DNA of 64,000 nucleotides from Candidatus Poribacteria bacterium (lineage in GTDB: Bacteria; Poribacteria; WGA-4E; UBA9662). This document shows positions 31,703 to 43,048 of this stretch, piece by piece. Where the stretch lies: positions 1-64,000 of the forward strand of contig JAYZAL010000041.1 of assembly GCA_036339735.1 (NCBI GenBank), given 5' to 3'. The notes below the pieces were generated by a model. It had not been told where the DNA came from, made no database searches, and saw only the letters and a program-made list of their open reading frames with translations. Both the position numbers and the translations under genes were made by a program. The stretch's first letter is position 1, and each line of letters starts with the position of its first letter.

Positions 31703-32404
31703 TTAGTCCTTTAATCGATCTTGGAATACAGACTGGAGCTTTTTCAGTTTTGGTGAGATAACGACCACGCAATAAGGTTGAGAGGGGTTAGAGCGATAGT
31801 AATTTTGGTGGTAGTCTTCTGCCGGATAAAATGTGGGAGCGGGAGAAATTTCAGTTATAATCGGGTCTGGCCACAAGCGAGACTCTTCGGTTTGTTTTTT
31901 TGATTGAATCGATTTTAGGCGTTGTTCCTCGTCATGATAGAAAATGACAGATCGGTATTGTGTACCAACATCGGCCCCCTGACGATTAAGCGTGGTTGGA
32001 TTGTGTGTATGCCAAAAAACATCCAATAAATCAGTATAAGATATTTTCTGTTGATCGAACGTAATTTGTACAACTTCAGCATGGCCTGTGGTACCTGAAC
32101 AAATATCTTTGTAAGTTGGGTTCAATACTGTACCGCCCGCATATCCTGAAACAACGCTTTCTACACCTTTTAGTTTTTGAAAAACGGCCTCTACACACCA
32201 AAAACACCCTCCCCCCAGTGTGGCGGTATCTTGATTTTCACCTTTCATTTTTTGTGCCTCTTTATTATTTAGTTGTTTTTTTTCGTATACTGCAGAGGGG
32301 GGTTCTGATTTTGCTTTTTGTTTCTCGATTATACAAGCCGAAAGAATTAAAGAAATTAGAAAAAGAAACAAGCAAGAGAAAATTCTAAATTTGCAGGATT
32401 TCAT
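31703..32404 (-). CDS. msrA: Peptide methionine sulfoxide reductase MsrA with a lipoprotein signal peptide
   Basis: [40 protein letters not shown]; lipobox-like LILSAC. Start placed at ATG 32404. Confidence 0.95.
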   Translation of the reverse strand: MKSCKFRIFSCLFLFLISLILSACIIEKQKAKSEPPSAVYEKKQLNNKEAQKMKGENQDTATLGGGCFWCVEAVFQKLKGVESVVSGYAGGTVLNPTYKDICSGTTGHAEVVQITFDQQKISYTDLLDVFWHTHNPTTLNRQGADVGTQYRSVIFYHDEEQRLKSIQSKKQTEESRLWPDPIITEISPAPTFYPAEDYHQNYYRSNPSQPYCVVVISPKLKKLQSVFQDRLKD

Positions 32405-32509
32405 TACTTCCGACCTCACACTCCACATTACCATTCTGATGGTATCAAAATGATTTTTGTTTTTCAAGTTTTAAGGTCATCTCGTATATGATAATATGAA
32501 CGCTGACTT

Positions 32510-34207
32510 ATGAGATGCAACGTACAAAACAATAAAATACACCTATTTTTTCTATTTTATCTACTATACTTCCAGTTAATCGATACTGAAGCGGTAAATT
32601 TTACGGATGTGACAGAAAAGGTGGGGATCAAATTTCGACATCAAAACGGATACTCAGAAGACCACTTTATACCAGAGACTCTCGGGGCAGGTATTGCCGT
32701 TTTCGATTATGATAACGATGGATGGATAGATCTATATTTTGTTAATAGTGGTTACATCAAGGAACCTTATAAAAATCGACCTAATTCCCTTTACAAAAAT
32801 TTAGGTGACGGGACTTTTGGCAATGTAACCGATATATCGGGTGTCGGGGACACAGGATTCGGAATTGGTGTAACAGTTGGAGATTATGACAACGATGGAC
32901 ACCCCGATCTCTATGTAACTAATATGGGGCCTAACGTATTGTATCGTAACAATGGCGATAGTACCTTCACAGACACAACACGGTTAGCAGGTGTTGGATA
33001 TGAAGGTTGCAGTACAGGCTGTGCCTTTTTTGATTTCGATCGGGATGGGGACCTTGATTTATATGTAGCTAACTATGTACCAATTGAGGAAATAAACCAA
33101 ATAACCAATAAAGACGGGTATAAAAACCCTATTTTTTATCAAGGAGCTAGGGATGTATTATACCAAAACGAAGGAAATGGAACTTTTAGTGAAGTAGATA
33201 GTAGTAGATTCACGGATTCAAAAGAAAAAATGCGACTCTTCAAAGATGCTCGTGGGTTGGGAGTAGTCGCTACCGATTTTGATCGAGATTGGTGGACAGA
33301 TGTCTATATTGCTAATGACAAATCAAAGAATCTTTACTTCCAGCATAATGGATTTGAGGATATTAACTTACCTATTTTCACCGAATCTGCCACTACCGTC
33401 GGTATCGGTTACGATGGTTTCGGGGAGGCTCTGGCTGGAATGGGTATAGCAGTTGGAGATTACAATAATGATTGTAATCTCGATATTTTCGTTACAAATT
33501 TTGCTTATGAATACAATAATCTATACCGATGCGATCCTGATGGAACTGGCAAATTATTCTACTTCGACGACACAACTACAGCAAGACTAGGTGATCCAAG
33601 TTTTCCGTATGTAGGTTGGGGGACAACCTTTTTCGATTATGATAACGATGGTGATTTAGATTTATTTATTGCTAACGGTCACATTATGGAAGATGCTGAG
33701 CTCAACTCCAATCAACTGACTTACGCACAGCCTGACCAGCTATTCGAGAACCAATTAATTGAGTCTGAAACCGCATATTTTGTCGATATATCCCAAAAAA
33801 GTGGGAACTACTTCTCCCAACGTCGTGTGGGACGAGGAGCTGTACACCTTGACTACGACAATGATGGCGATTTAGATCTGTTAATCTCTAACTCAGGACA
33901 AGCACCAATTTTACTTCGAAACAACGGTGGGAACCAGAGAAACTGGGTCTCAGTCACCTTAGTTGGTCAAGCAATAGGTGTTAAACTGAAAATTCAGTCT
34001 GGCGATCAAACCCAAATCCGACAGGTAGATAGTAGCGCAAGTTACTGTTCTGTTAACGATCTCCGAATCCATTTCGGGGTAGGATCAGACAAAATTATAG
34101 ACCAACTCGAAATTTGGTGGGATGAAGACTGCTATCAAAAGTTAACAGATGTTGAAGCTAGACAGCACCTGGTCATATCTCGAGAGTTAACCGGGATTAA
34201 AAACTAA
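32510..34207 (+). CDS. CRTAC1 family protein (FG-GAP/VCBS repeats + ASPIC/UnbV)
   Basis: Signal peptide, repeated DYDNDG.DL motifs, C-terminal SYCSVNDLRIHFGVG...LEIWW. Confidence 0.92.
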   Translation: MRCNVQNNKIHLFFLFYLLYFQLIDTEAVNFTDVTEKVGIKFRHQNGYSEDHFIPETLGAGIAVFDYDNDGWIDLYFVNSGYIKEPYKNRPNSLYKNLGDGTFGNVTDISGVGDTGFGIGVTVGDYDNDGHPDLYVTNMGPNVLYRNNGDSTFTDTTRLAGVGYEGCSTGCAFFDFDRDGDLDLYVANYVPIEEINQITNKDGYKNPIFYQGARDVLYQNEGNGTFSEVDSSRFTDSKEKMRLFKDARGLGVVATDFDRDWWTDVYIANDKSKNLYFQHNGFEDINLPIFTESATTVGIGYDGFGEALAGMGIAVGDYNNDCNLDIFVTNFAYEYNNLYRCDPDGTGKLFYFDDTTTARLGDPSFPYVGWGTTFFDYDNDGDLDLFIANGHIMEDAELNSNQLTYAQPDQLFENQLIESETAYFVDISQKSGNYFSQRRVGRGAVHLDYDNDGDLDLLISNSGQAPILLRNNGGNQRNWVSVTLVGQAIGVKLKIQSGDQTQIRQVDSSASYCSVNDLRIHFGVGSDKIIDQLEIWWDEDCYQKLTDVEARQHLVISRELTGIKN

Positions 34208-35280
34208 ATAGATGATTCATCATTTTCGAAAAGAGCAGATACAAAATCTTGCGCAACGAAATCTCTCAGATCATCAAGTTGTTCACCGATACCGATCAAT
34301 TTGATCGGTACACCAATTTCCTGGCGAATCGCTATTACGACTCCGCCTTTAGCTGTACCGTCAAGTTTGGTAACAGCTACTCCTGTCACTGGGACTGCTT
34401 CGTTGAAAACATTGGCTTGGATAATAGCATTCTGACCAGCTGTACCATCAACAACTAACAAGACCTCGTGTGGAGCTTTGGGAATTTCGCGTGAGATCAC
34501 CCGTCCTATTTTAGCAAGTTCATCCATTAGTGGTTTCTTAGTATGTAGTCTCCCCGCAGTATCAATAATTAATACATCTACTTGGCGAGATTGAGTCGCG
34601 TGAAGTGCGTCAAAAACAACCGAAGCCGGATCAATACCTTCATCACTGCGAATCAAATCGGTGTCACTCCTTTCGCACCAAATCTGTAATTGTTCAGCCG
34701 CCGCCGCACGAAACGTATCAGCCGCTGCTACCAAAACTGATTTTCCTTCTGATTTAAATCGGTGGCACAGTTTTCCAATTGTAGTTGTCTTTCCCGCTCC
34801 GTTAACACCCAAGACCAAAATAACGTGTGGACTATCGTGAATGATCGATACAGACTGTCCGTCTTGACCTAGCATAAGCTCAATTTGTTCTTTTATTACG
34901 GCTTCCAAATCGGCGGACTCATCAATCATGCGTTCCTTAACAACATCTCGTACATTATCCATTAAGGTCATAGTAGCCTTGACCCCAACATCGGATTGAA
35001 TCAGAATCTCCTCAATTTCTTCCAATAATTCTTCATCGATTTTGCGACCAATTCGCAATAACCCTTGGATTTGGGTTACTAAATTTTTTCGTGTTTTGGA
35101 CAAGCCACTAGTCAGCCGCTGAAACCAGCTTTTCTTTTTGTTGATGGAATCAGCAGTAGATGAGAAATCTGAATCCTCAGAAGGAGATGGAGACACCTCC
35201 TCTGATGGTCGTCGATCTAGGGTGGAAATATCTGGTTGGTTATCTTTTGGTTTTTGTCTACGAAATAGATTTTTGAGCAT
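34204..35280 (-). CDS. ftsY: SRP receptor FtsY
   Basis: GVNGAGKTTTIGKL, DTFRAAA, DTAGRLH, TKLDGTAKGG. Confidence 0.98.
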   Translation of the reverse strand: MLKNLFRRQKPKDNQPDISTLDRRPSEEVSPSPSEDSDFSSTADSINKKKSWFQRLTSGLSKTRKNLVTQIQGLLRIGRKIDEELLEEIEEILIQSDVGVKATMTLMDNVRDVVKERMIDESADLEAVIKEQIELMLGQDGQSVSIIHDSPHVILVLGVNGAGKTTTIGKLCHRFKSEGKSVLVAAADTFRAAAAEQLQIWCERSDTDLIRSDEGIDPASVVFDALHATQSRQVDVLIIDTAGRLHTKKPLMDELAKIGRVISREIPKAPHEVLLVVDGTAGQNAIIQANVFNEAVPVTGVAVTKLDGTAKGGVVIAIRQEIGVPIKLIGIGEQLDDLRDFVAQDFVSALFENDESSI

Positions 35281-35329
35281 TGATGTTCCAAACTAAAACA
35301 CAGTTACTGTATAAGAGTAATATTCGATA

Positions 35330-38300
35330 CTAGTTATAATCGCTCAATTTAGCTGAGACCAACTTAGAAACCCCCGCTTGCTCCATTGTTACACCGTACA
35401 TCACATCCGCAGTTTCCATTGTTCTCTTGTTGTGGGTAATAATGACAAATTGGGTTTGCTTAGCATAAGCCTGAACTAAATTGGTAAACCGAAGGACATT
35501 TGACTCATCGAGGGCTGCATCAACCTCATCCATCACACAAAAAGGACTTGGCTTAATTTTGAAAATGGCAAATAAGAGTGCAACAGCAACTAATGACCTT
35601 TCACCGCCGGATAACTGAGTGATTGTTTGTGGGCGTTTCCCGGGTGGGGAGGCGATGATATCAACGCCCGATTCTAAGATATCTTCTTCATCAGTTAAAC
35701 AAAGTTCAGTTTCACCACCGTTAAACAACTCAGCAAATACTATCTGGAAGTTAGTCTGGATTTGGGTAAACGTATCAAGAAAGGCTGTTTTAGAAGTTTG
35801 GTTGATTTTCTGGATAGCCTGATAGGTACTTTCCAAGGATTTTTGTAAATCTTCTCTTTGTGAAACTAAAAAGACTTCTCGTTCCTTATGTTCTTGGTAA
35901 GCAGAAATAGCCTTCATATTGACCATTCCCAGACTCTCAATCTCATTTTTGAATTGTTCAATGTGAGAAACGAGTTCAAAACGAGAAACGTCCTTTGTAT
36001 CTTTATTCGTAGGAAAATCTGATTTTACTTCTTCTATTTCAACTTGATATTTGTCTTGAATGTTAGCAGAAATTGCTTTAATTTGCATCTGTAATTGTGT
36101 TTGTGTGACTTCCATCTGATGCCTAACTCGATTCTGTTTTTCATATTGCCGACGCATCTGACGGTGTAACTTTTGAGCTTCTGAGGTAGTCGCTAATAAC
36201 TTGGTCTGTTCGGCCGATAGTTCTTCTACTCTTTCAACCACAGTGAATTTGTCTTGTTCTAACTGCAAAAACACCTTTTGACTACTTTCTATCTGATCAG
36301 TGATATTTAGCTTGGATGCTTCATCAGATTCGATAATCTGCTTTTGCTCGTCAATACTATTTTTTACTTGTAGTTGGTTTTGGGCAATTTGGTCCAGAGA
36401 AGATAGAATAGATTTATGCTTTTCACGCTTACTAGCCAATTTAATTTCTAATTCCTGTGAAGCTTGATCGACTTCTTTCCGTTTATTCTTTTCAGATTCA
36501 ATTTGTTCGTTCATACGATCAATTTTCTTGAGCAAAAGTTGACGTTTTTTTTCAGCTTCCTGAAATTGGACTTCCAAGTCGTCTCTATCTGTCACGAATT
36601 CAGTATTTTGTGTTTGTAACCCCTGTTCCTTCAATACAACTTGGGCTAATTGCTCTGCAATTTCATTTACGCGATTTTGGGATTGTTCCAAGTCTTTCTG
36701 GTGTCCTTGGTAAGCAATCTGTAAATCTTGCCACTGGACCATTAGAGATTGACGTTTCTGTTGTAATTCTGTCGTATCATTCACTACTTGATTGCGTTTC
36801 TTATTCTTTTGCTCAATCCTTTTCGATAGATGGTCTATCTGATCCTGCAACTCTTCTAGTTCACGAGACCGACTTAGTAAACCCGAAGATTGCCGAGAAT
36901 TATATCCACCCGTTACAGCCCCAGATGCATTCAAAATTTCACCATCCAATGTCACTAGGCGAGATTTGGGTCGAAAACGACGAGCTAAATTAATTGCTGT
37001 ATCAATGTCTTCAACTACCAAAGTATTTCCTAAGAGCTGATCAATAGCAACCTCATACTTAGCATCACAGCCTACTAATTCATTCGCTATACCAATGATA
37101 CCTGGACGTTGTAGCAAATGTTGATCATCAAAGTATCGAGGGCGTAAAATATCTAAAGGCAAAAAAGTTACTCGACCGGCTTTAGTTCGTTTAAGAAAAT
37201 CTATCGCAGATCGAGCATCTTCCGCAGTGTTGGTAATGATATTCTGGATGGCATTACCTAAAGCAATTTCTATCGCCAACTCATAATCTGAGTCAGTCAC
37301 TATCAACTCAGCAACCACACCACAAATCCCACTAAAAGTCGTTGGTTCAACAGTCTTAGCCTTTAGGATTGCCCGAACACCTGTGTAAAATCCCTCGTAC
37401 GCGCTTTGCAAATCTTTTAGAGATTTTAATCGGGATACACTTAGACCTAACGAATCCTTGATCCCATTAATCTCGCTTTCTAGCTGACGTAGATTTTTTT
37501 GTAGTGCTGCTAATTGTTCAATGACTTTAGTCTTACTCGAATCAACTTTCAATAGTTCAACTTCGGTTTCTTGGCTTTGCCTTTCAGACTTTGAAGCTTC
37601 AGTTTCAGCTACTTCTAGTGCCTGAGTCAAGGACTTTGCTTGCTCCTTAACTTGGTACAGATGTTCAGCCGAATACTCTAGCTTACTGTTCAAAGATGAC
37701 AACTGGGTTTCAGCTTGAGAAATTTGAGAAGTAGTTGTAGCAAGGTCTGTTTGAGCTTGGTCGACAGAGTGTCCTGTATCTTCGATTCGTCGATCGAAAT
37801 CATCGAGGACTCGCCTGCGAGCAGTCAACTTACTTTCCTCCAACTTCAAGTAGACATCTATTTCGGTCTGTTCTTGCTGGTATGATTGGCTTTGCTTTAT
37901 TAAGCCGTCAAGCTGTTTCTGTAAGGAATTAATCGCTTGATTAGCTCTTTGTCTTTGTTGCTGAATATTCAGTTGTCGTTCTTTATAGAGAGCAATTTGG
38001 CGTTCAGTTTTTTCGATTTTTGTTTGGAAGTCTTGAACAATAGCTGATTCTTTTCTGATATCCTGCTCTAGTTCTACTTGACGATTTTGTGCATCCTCAA
38101 CTTGTTGTTCTGTTTCTTGAATGGTTTGATTAATTTGAGAAGAAGCAGTCAATATTTGATCTAAATTAGATTGTGTCTCCGATAATTCTTGGATAAATTG
38201 ATTATATTCTCGAAAACTGAGGTCAAGCTCCAAGTCCCGAAGTTGCGCTTGCAAATGTTGATAACGTTCAGCTTGGCTAGCCTGTTCCTTAAGATCAGTA

Positions 38301-38905
38301 GTTTCTCGCTCGATTTCGTGGATAATATCATTGATCCGAACTATATTATCCTCAGTTGCTTCTAATTTTTTGATAGCTTCTTTCTTTCGTTGCTTATATT
38401 TCGTGATACCAGCAACCTCATCAAAAAGGAATCGACGTTCTTCTGGTCGTGTGTTCAGAATTTGGTCAATTTTACTTTGCTCCATAACTGAGTAAGCACT
38501 AACTCCTACTCCAGTATCCATAAAAAGTTCAGTTATATCTTTTAGCCGACACGGTGTTTGATTGATAAAATAACGACTATTTCCGTCTTTAGACAATTGG
38601 CGAGTTATCTCTACTTCCGGGGATTCGAGGGCTAATTTGCCCTCACTATTGGTAAAACGCAAAGAGACTTCAGCCTTTTCGGCAGGTTGCAGATTTGAAC
38701 CACCATTAAATAAAACACTCATCATGGTGGGACAACGTAAGGAACGTGCTCGTTGTTCACCCAAAACCCATCGTATTGCATCAGAGACGTTACTTTTTCC
38801 ACACCCGTTCGGCCCAACAACAGCCGTAATACCGGGTTCGAGTAACAGTTCAACTGAATCGGCAAAGCTCTTGAAACCTCGGATTTGAACACGATTGAGG
38901 TGCAC
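35330..38905 (-). CDS. smc: Chromosome segregation protein SMC
   Basis: GFKSFAD, GPNGCGKSN, long coiled coils, hinge GRVTFLPL, LSGGERS, MDEVDAALD. Start placed at GTG 38905 after AAGGAG. Confidence 0.98.
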   Translation of the reverse strand: MHLNRVQIRGFKSFADSVELLLEPGITAVVGPNGCGKSNVSDAIRWVLGEQRARSLRCPTMMSVLFNGGSNLQPAEKAEVSLRFTNSEGKLALESPEVEITRQLSKDGNSRYFINQTPCRLKDITELFMDTGVGVSAYSVMEQSKIDQILNTRPEERRFLFDEVAGITKYKQRKKEAIKKLEATEDNIVRINDIIHEIERETTDLKEQASQAERYQHLQAQLRDLELDLSFREYNQFIQELSETQSNLDQILTASSQINQTIQETEQQVEDAQNRQVELEQDIRKESAIVQDFQTKIEKTERQIALYKERQLNIQQQRQRANQAINSLQKQLDGLIKQSQSYQQEQTEIDVYLKLEESKLTARRRVLDDFDRRIEDTGHSVDQAQTDLATTTSQISQAETQLSSLNSKLEYSAEHLYQVKEQAKSLTQALEVAETEASKSERQSQETEVELLKVDSSKTKVIEQLAALQKNLRQLESEINGIKDSLGLSVSRLKSLKDLQSAYEGFYTGVRAILKAKTVEPTTFSGICGVVAELIVTDSDYELAIEIALGNAIQNIITNTAEDARSAIDFLKRTKAGRVTFLPLDILRPRYFDDQHLLQRPGIIGIANELVGCDAKYEVAIDQLLGNTLVVEDIDTAINLARRFRPKSRLVTLDGEILNASGAVTGGYNSRQSSGLLSRSRELEELQDQIDHLSKRIEQKNKKRNQVVNDTTELQQKRQSLMVQWQDLQIAYQGHQKDLEQSQNRVNEIAEQLAQVVLKEQGLQTQNTEFVTDRDDLEVQFQEAEKKRQLLLKKIDRMNEQIESEKNKRKEVDQASQELEIKLASKREKHKSILSSLDQIAQNQLQVKNSIDEQKQIIESDEASKLNITDQIESSQKVFLQLEQDKFTVVERVEELSAEQTKLLATTSEAQKLHRQMRRQYEKQNRVRHQMEVTQTQLQMQIKAISANIQDKYQVEIEEVKSDFPTNKDTKDVSRFELVSHIEQFKNEIESLGMVNMKAISAYQEHKEREVFLVSQREDLQKSLESTYQAIQKINQTSKTAFLDTFTQIQTNFQIVFAELFNGGETELCLTDEEDILESGVDIIASPPGKRPQTITQLSGGERSLVAVALLFAIFKIKPSPFCVMDEVDAALDESNVLRFTNLVQAYAKQTQFVIITHNKRTMETADVMYGVTMEQAGVSKLVSAKLSDYN

Positions 38906-39096
38906 CCTTAACCACTCCTTAAACAAGTTGAATTACATGACTGAGCCGGATCCGTTCAATTGGAACAAGCAGAGCCACCTATGCAACGAAGCAAAGAGAA
39001 AAATCGTTTCACTAAAAACTAGGAGAAGAGGTTGAAACGCAGGAAATATCGGTTGATTTCTCAGCAAGAATGGGTTTAATTCTTGGGAAGTAAATA

Positions 39097-42000
39097 TTAT
39101 TCCCATCCATAACCGTGGGAATTACCGGTTATCTGATACAGAGATTGAGCAACTTGAAAATATAAGTCGGCATTCTCAGTTTGAAGCAATGGCTCGATAG
39201 ATGAAACACTTTGCGTAGCACCCAAGTTAGCCAGTGCGACAACCAGAACAGCTTTAACACTAGCTTGTTCCTCGATACTGAGACGTCTAGCTAAAGATGG
39301 TATTACTGAAGGGTCTTTGATGTTGGAGAGTGCATTAATGACATCCTGCCTAATTTCAGCATCAGTATCATCCAGTAGGCTGATTAAGTTAGGTAACGAC
39401 TTATTATCCCCCAACAAACCGACGGCTTCTATTGATTTTCGCCGAATCGCCTTGTCTTGGTTGACATCTATTTTTTCGATCAAAAGTGGCAAAAACTCTT
39501 TTTTACCAGAACGACCAACCGCCAACATAGCAGAGAGATTGTTGTTTTTTAGTAAGTCACCCAATTTGTTGGCCGAAGATTTACTTTTTGAACGGCCGAG
39601 AGCCAAGATAGAATAATCACGAATCTTGGAACTTTCCCAACTGTCGTCTATTCGTCGTATCATCCATTCATCAATCTTATCAGAGAGCTCAAAAGATTGG
39701 GCTGCGTTCACGAAGGCTTCCCAAGTGTAGTTTCGCCGAACTAAATCTATATCAGTCTCAATGAAATATTCAGTCGAATCAATCAACCGCTCCTCCAGCA
39801 GTAGAGAAGTTTTTGCAACTCCAAATTCAGATAAGGACAGAGCTGCATTTTGTCGAGCATGTGGTGTTGCTCCACGATCAGCCACTATCGATAAGAAATC
39901 GTCAGAAAACTGGACGAGACCAACCTTTCCTATAACGCTGATCGCAGTTTCGTAGATTTCCCCAGTTTCATTTTGAAAAATTGACGATAGTGTATTGACC
40001 ACGGATTCATCAGATGAATCCCCCAAAAAACCGATGGCTTTTACCCCGGCCAAACGAAGTCCCGAAGGAGATTGCATATCGTTAATCAGAGATAAAATAG
40101 GTGTAACAGCCCTTCTAATTTTCATGGATTGGAGAGCAAAAATTGATGCTTCCTTAATTTCTGTTTCAACGTCGTTAGCCTGGAGAATCTCCAATATTTT
40201 TCCGACTGATCCTTCGTAGCGTAGTTTTCCAAGTGAACGTATAGCATTAGCACGAATTGTTTTTGACTCATCATTAGAATTTGCGATTTCCAGTAGCCGA
40301 TCCACAGCATCTCGATTATTGAAGTTACCAATCAGTGAAACGGCCGTTTTTCGAATTCGATAATTGGCATTTCGAGTTTCCTTTAAGACCGCCGCAAATC
40401 CATTGGGATTTTTTAATCGTCCGAGAGTAGAAATAATGGCCCACTTAACCCATGTATCGGCATTTGCTGCAGAACTGTCGTTGGCTTTTGACAATTCTAA
40501 AGCAGTTTTATCTACTCCGTCTTGAACAAGTGCATCCATCACTGCTGACTGAATTGAAGCGACCTCTTTTTCATCATCTTCAAAAGATCCTATCCCTTTT
40601 TTCAAAACCTTCACTAATTCTTGGTCAGCAGAAGTTGCTTGGCCAAAAGTAGCTAAAGCCTTGACGACATTGGTTCGAGTACTCTCGAATTCATCTTCGT
40701 TTAGTGCTTTAACTAGAACCTTAGTTACCCTTTCACTTTTATCTACTTTTCCAAGGGCTGTGGCTGCCGCTTGTCTAACTAAGCCTTGTCTGTCTTCTTC
40801 GAGGGCCTGTGTTAAGGCTTTGACAATTTGTTCTTTTTGATTCCCCCGATTTTCCCCAATAACACCAAGGGAAGCTGCGGAATTTGCCCGAACAGTGGCA
40901 CGTTCATCTCCAGTCTTGTGATGTAAAGACCCAATTAGTTCAGCAACTATATTTTGGCCAATCGCTGTTTTCTCGACTTTTTTCCCAATCTTGCCTAGTG
41001 TAACTGCGATTTCACTCCGTATTAGACTTGGGACTGGCTTAATTTTTCCCCAGGATTCGTATTGTGGTTTTCTAAAATGTTCGCTATTTGGTAGCCACTC
41101 CACCCCTAATTTATCAACAGACTCACTCAGACGAGCGTAAGTTTTATACTTTCGTTTCATATGCCGTCGTAGTTTATTGGGATCATCAAATCGAGTGCTC
41201 AATCCCCATAACATTGCGATGACAGATGATGAATCACTGACGTTATTTTCTATTTTGCCTAAGGCTAAGACTGATGATTTTCGGATTTCGAGACTTGTAG
41301 TATCACTCAGAGATAACCTTAATAAAGGCTGGATAGCTTCGGTCAACCCCAATTCTCCTATAGCATCGATAGTAGCCTTTCGTACAGCGTCCCTAGCACC
41401 TCGAGTATTCTCAGCAATACGGATTAGCTGTTTATTCACAAGACCATTATCTTTAATTTTCAATTTCCCCAGAGCAGATGCTGCTTGGATTGCAGTTGAA
41501 TCATCCAGCTCAAGTGCATAACCCAATGCCTTGACAGCTCTCAAGTCTTTACCTCGTGACAAGGTATTACCCATAAACTGAGCAGAAATCCCTTGTATTT
41601 CCTTTGGGGTATTCAAATCTAGAAGTAAGTCGATGAGAGGCTCAGTTGCTCTCAAATCCCCCATGCTGAGCAAGGCTCTGGCAGACTCAACTCTTACTGA
41701 AACACTTGCATCCATGTTTTGACAGGTTTGTATTAGCTGGGGTACGACCTTACCTCCCATCTTAATTAGTGCATTCCGCGCGGAAGCCTTTAGCTCGTCA
41801 TTAGCTAATAACTGAATCAATATTTTAACAGTATTCTCGATTTTCAAGTCTCCAAGAATCTGTAAAGTAGATCGTTGTACAGCACTTCTCCGATTGGCCG
41901 TTCGAGTATTATCAATGAAGGCATTGGCAATGAATTGATGTTCTCCAAACGATGAACCAACAATATTTTCCCCATTTTGGTCTAGTGTTTGTACGAGATT

Positions 42001-43008
42001 CGGCATTGCAGGTTGGCCAATTTGATTTAAAGCAGAGATCGCGGTCGATTTAACATAACTGTCGCTATCAGCAAGTAGATACATCAAATCTACTACAGCA
42101 GTGCTGGAATTTAGTCTATGTACAAGCTTAGCGGCGTGCATTCTCACAATTGCCGAGTTAGATCTAGTCGCAGCCTTAAGCGCCGGTATAACTTTCTTTG
42201 AGCCAATTTTCTCCAACGCCACGACAGTAGAATAGAGGACCTGATTCGTTTCCTGCTTATTTGCTAAAATTTGTGTGTAAGTTTCGACCAGTGATTCATC
42301 CGCGAGATTGGCAAGGTGTGAGATAGCATATTGTCGAACTTCGGGTGAGATTGGCATAGATAAAATATCTAGAAGCTGTGTTTTAACTCTCATACCAAAT
42401 TGATTTATAGTCTCAAAAGCTAATCTCTTGGCTTGGTAGTTGTAGCATCTTTGTGCTTCCAACAGTGAGCGCAAAATTGATGAATCAATCTTTACGTTTC
42501 CACCATTATCGATATCTCCAGAAAATAAATCCGACAAACCATAAGCGATTAAGCTATAAACTGAGTTCCGACTATGAATCAATAAGTCTAAAAGATCTAG
42601 CTGGTCTGAATCAGGGTCCTCAACTACTTGCAATTGTTGCAGGCCAGTTTCCAGTGGTGATAACATTTTTTGGACTACGATAATAGTGCTTTTCCAGCGA
42701 TCAATATCCTTTGTCCAACTACTTTCAGAGTGGAGCGAAAGTATCTCTTTTAAACACATAGCTTCTACCGAATCAGGCACAGAAGCTAGGGCTGACTCTA
42801 CAGCTTTCTTCGCATTTGAATAATCTACTTGTTCTTTACTGCTATTATTGACGGTGACAATGGATTTTCTGGCAACTAAAATATCTTGATTTTCTTTATC
42901 AGTACTACAACTGACGACAAGAAAACTAATGCAAAAAATACTCAACAAACCATATGATTTCAATGCAAGTCCTCTTTTTTTAAGTTTCTGAAACACCCGA
43001 AAACACAC
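39097..43008 (-). CDS. Large HEAT/PBS-lyase repeat (alpha-solenoid) lipoprotein
   Basis: Lipobox FLVVSC, then many ~31-aa units such as VRQAAATALGKV, IRKTAVSLIGNF, IRANAIRSLGKL, IRRKSIEAVGLLGD. Confidence 0.85.
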   Translation of the reverse strand: MCFRVFQKLKKRGLALKSYGLLSIFCISFLVVSCSTDKENQDILVARKSIVTVNNSSKEQVDYSNAKKAVESALASVPDSVEAMCLKEILSLHSESSWTKDIDRWKSTIIVVQKMLSPLETGLQQLQVVEDPDSDQLDLLDLLIHSRNSVYSLIAYGLSDLFSGDIDNGGNVKIDSSILRSLLEAQRCYNYQAKRLAFETINQFGMRVKTQLLDILSMPISPEVRQYAISHLANLADESLVETYTQILANKQETNQVLYSTVVALEKIGSKKVIPALKAATRSNSAIVRMHAAKLVHRLNSSTAVVDLMYLLADSDSYVKSTAISALNQIGQPAMPNLVQTLDQNGENIVGSSFGEHQFIANAFIDNTRTANRRSAVQRSTLQILGDLKIENTVKILIQLLANDELKASARNALIKMGGKVVPQLIQTCQNMDASVSVRVESARALLSMGDLRATEPLIDLLLDLNTPKEIQGISAQFMGNTLSRGKDLRAVKALGYALELDDSTAIQAASALGKLKIKDNGLVNKQLIRIAENTRGARDAVRKATIDAIGELGLTEAIQPLLRLSLSDTTSLEIRKSSVLALGKIENNVSDSSSVIAMLWGLSTRFDDPNKLRRHMKRKYKTYARLSESVDKLGVEWLPNSEHFRKPQYESWGKIKPVPSLIRSEIAVTLGKIGKKVEKTAIGQNIVAELIGSLHHKTGDERATVRANSAASLGVIGENRGNQKEQIVKALTQALEEDRQGLVRQAAATALGKVDKSERVTKVLVKALNEDEFESTRTNVVKALATFGQATSADQELVKVLKKGIGSFEDDEKEVASIQSAVMDALVQDGVDKTALELSKANDSSAANADTWVKWAIISTLGRLKNPNGFAAVLKETRNANYRIRKTAVSLIGNFNNRDAVDRLLEIANSNDESKTIRANAIRSLGKLRYEGSVGKILEILQANDVETEIKEASIFALQSMKIRRAVTPILSLINDMQSPSGLRLAGVKAIGFLGDSSDESVVNTLSSIFQNETGEIYETAISVIGKVGLVQFSDDFLSIVADRGATPHARQNAALSLSEFGVAKTSLLLEERLIDSTEYFIETDIDLVRRNYTWEAFVNAAQSFELSDKIDEWMIRRIDDSWESSKIRDYSILALGRSKSKSSANKLGDLLKNNNLSAMLAVGRSGKKEFLPLLIEKIDVNQDKAIRRKSIEAVGLLGDNKSLPNLISLLDDTDAEIRQDVINALSNIKDPSVIPSLARRLSIEEQASVKAVLVVALANLGATQSVSSIEPLLQTENADLYFQVAQSLYQITGNSHGYGWE

Positions 43009-43048
43009 AACAACCTACCCACATAAAGACAATCAGATTTTTCAGATT

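Noticed and set aside
35330-43008. HEAT protein beside smc as a eukaryote-like condensin (Hawk) subunit
   Set aside because: The HEAT protein has a lipoprotein signal and would be exported. scpA/scpB are often unlinked to smc, so their absence here is uninformative.
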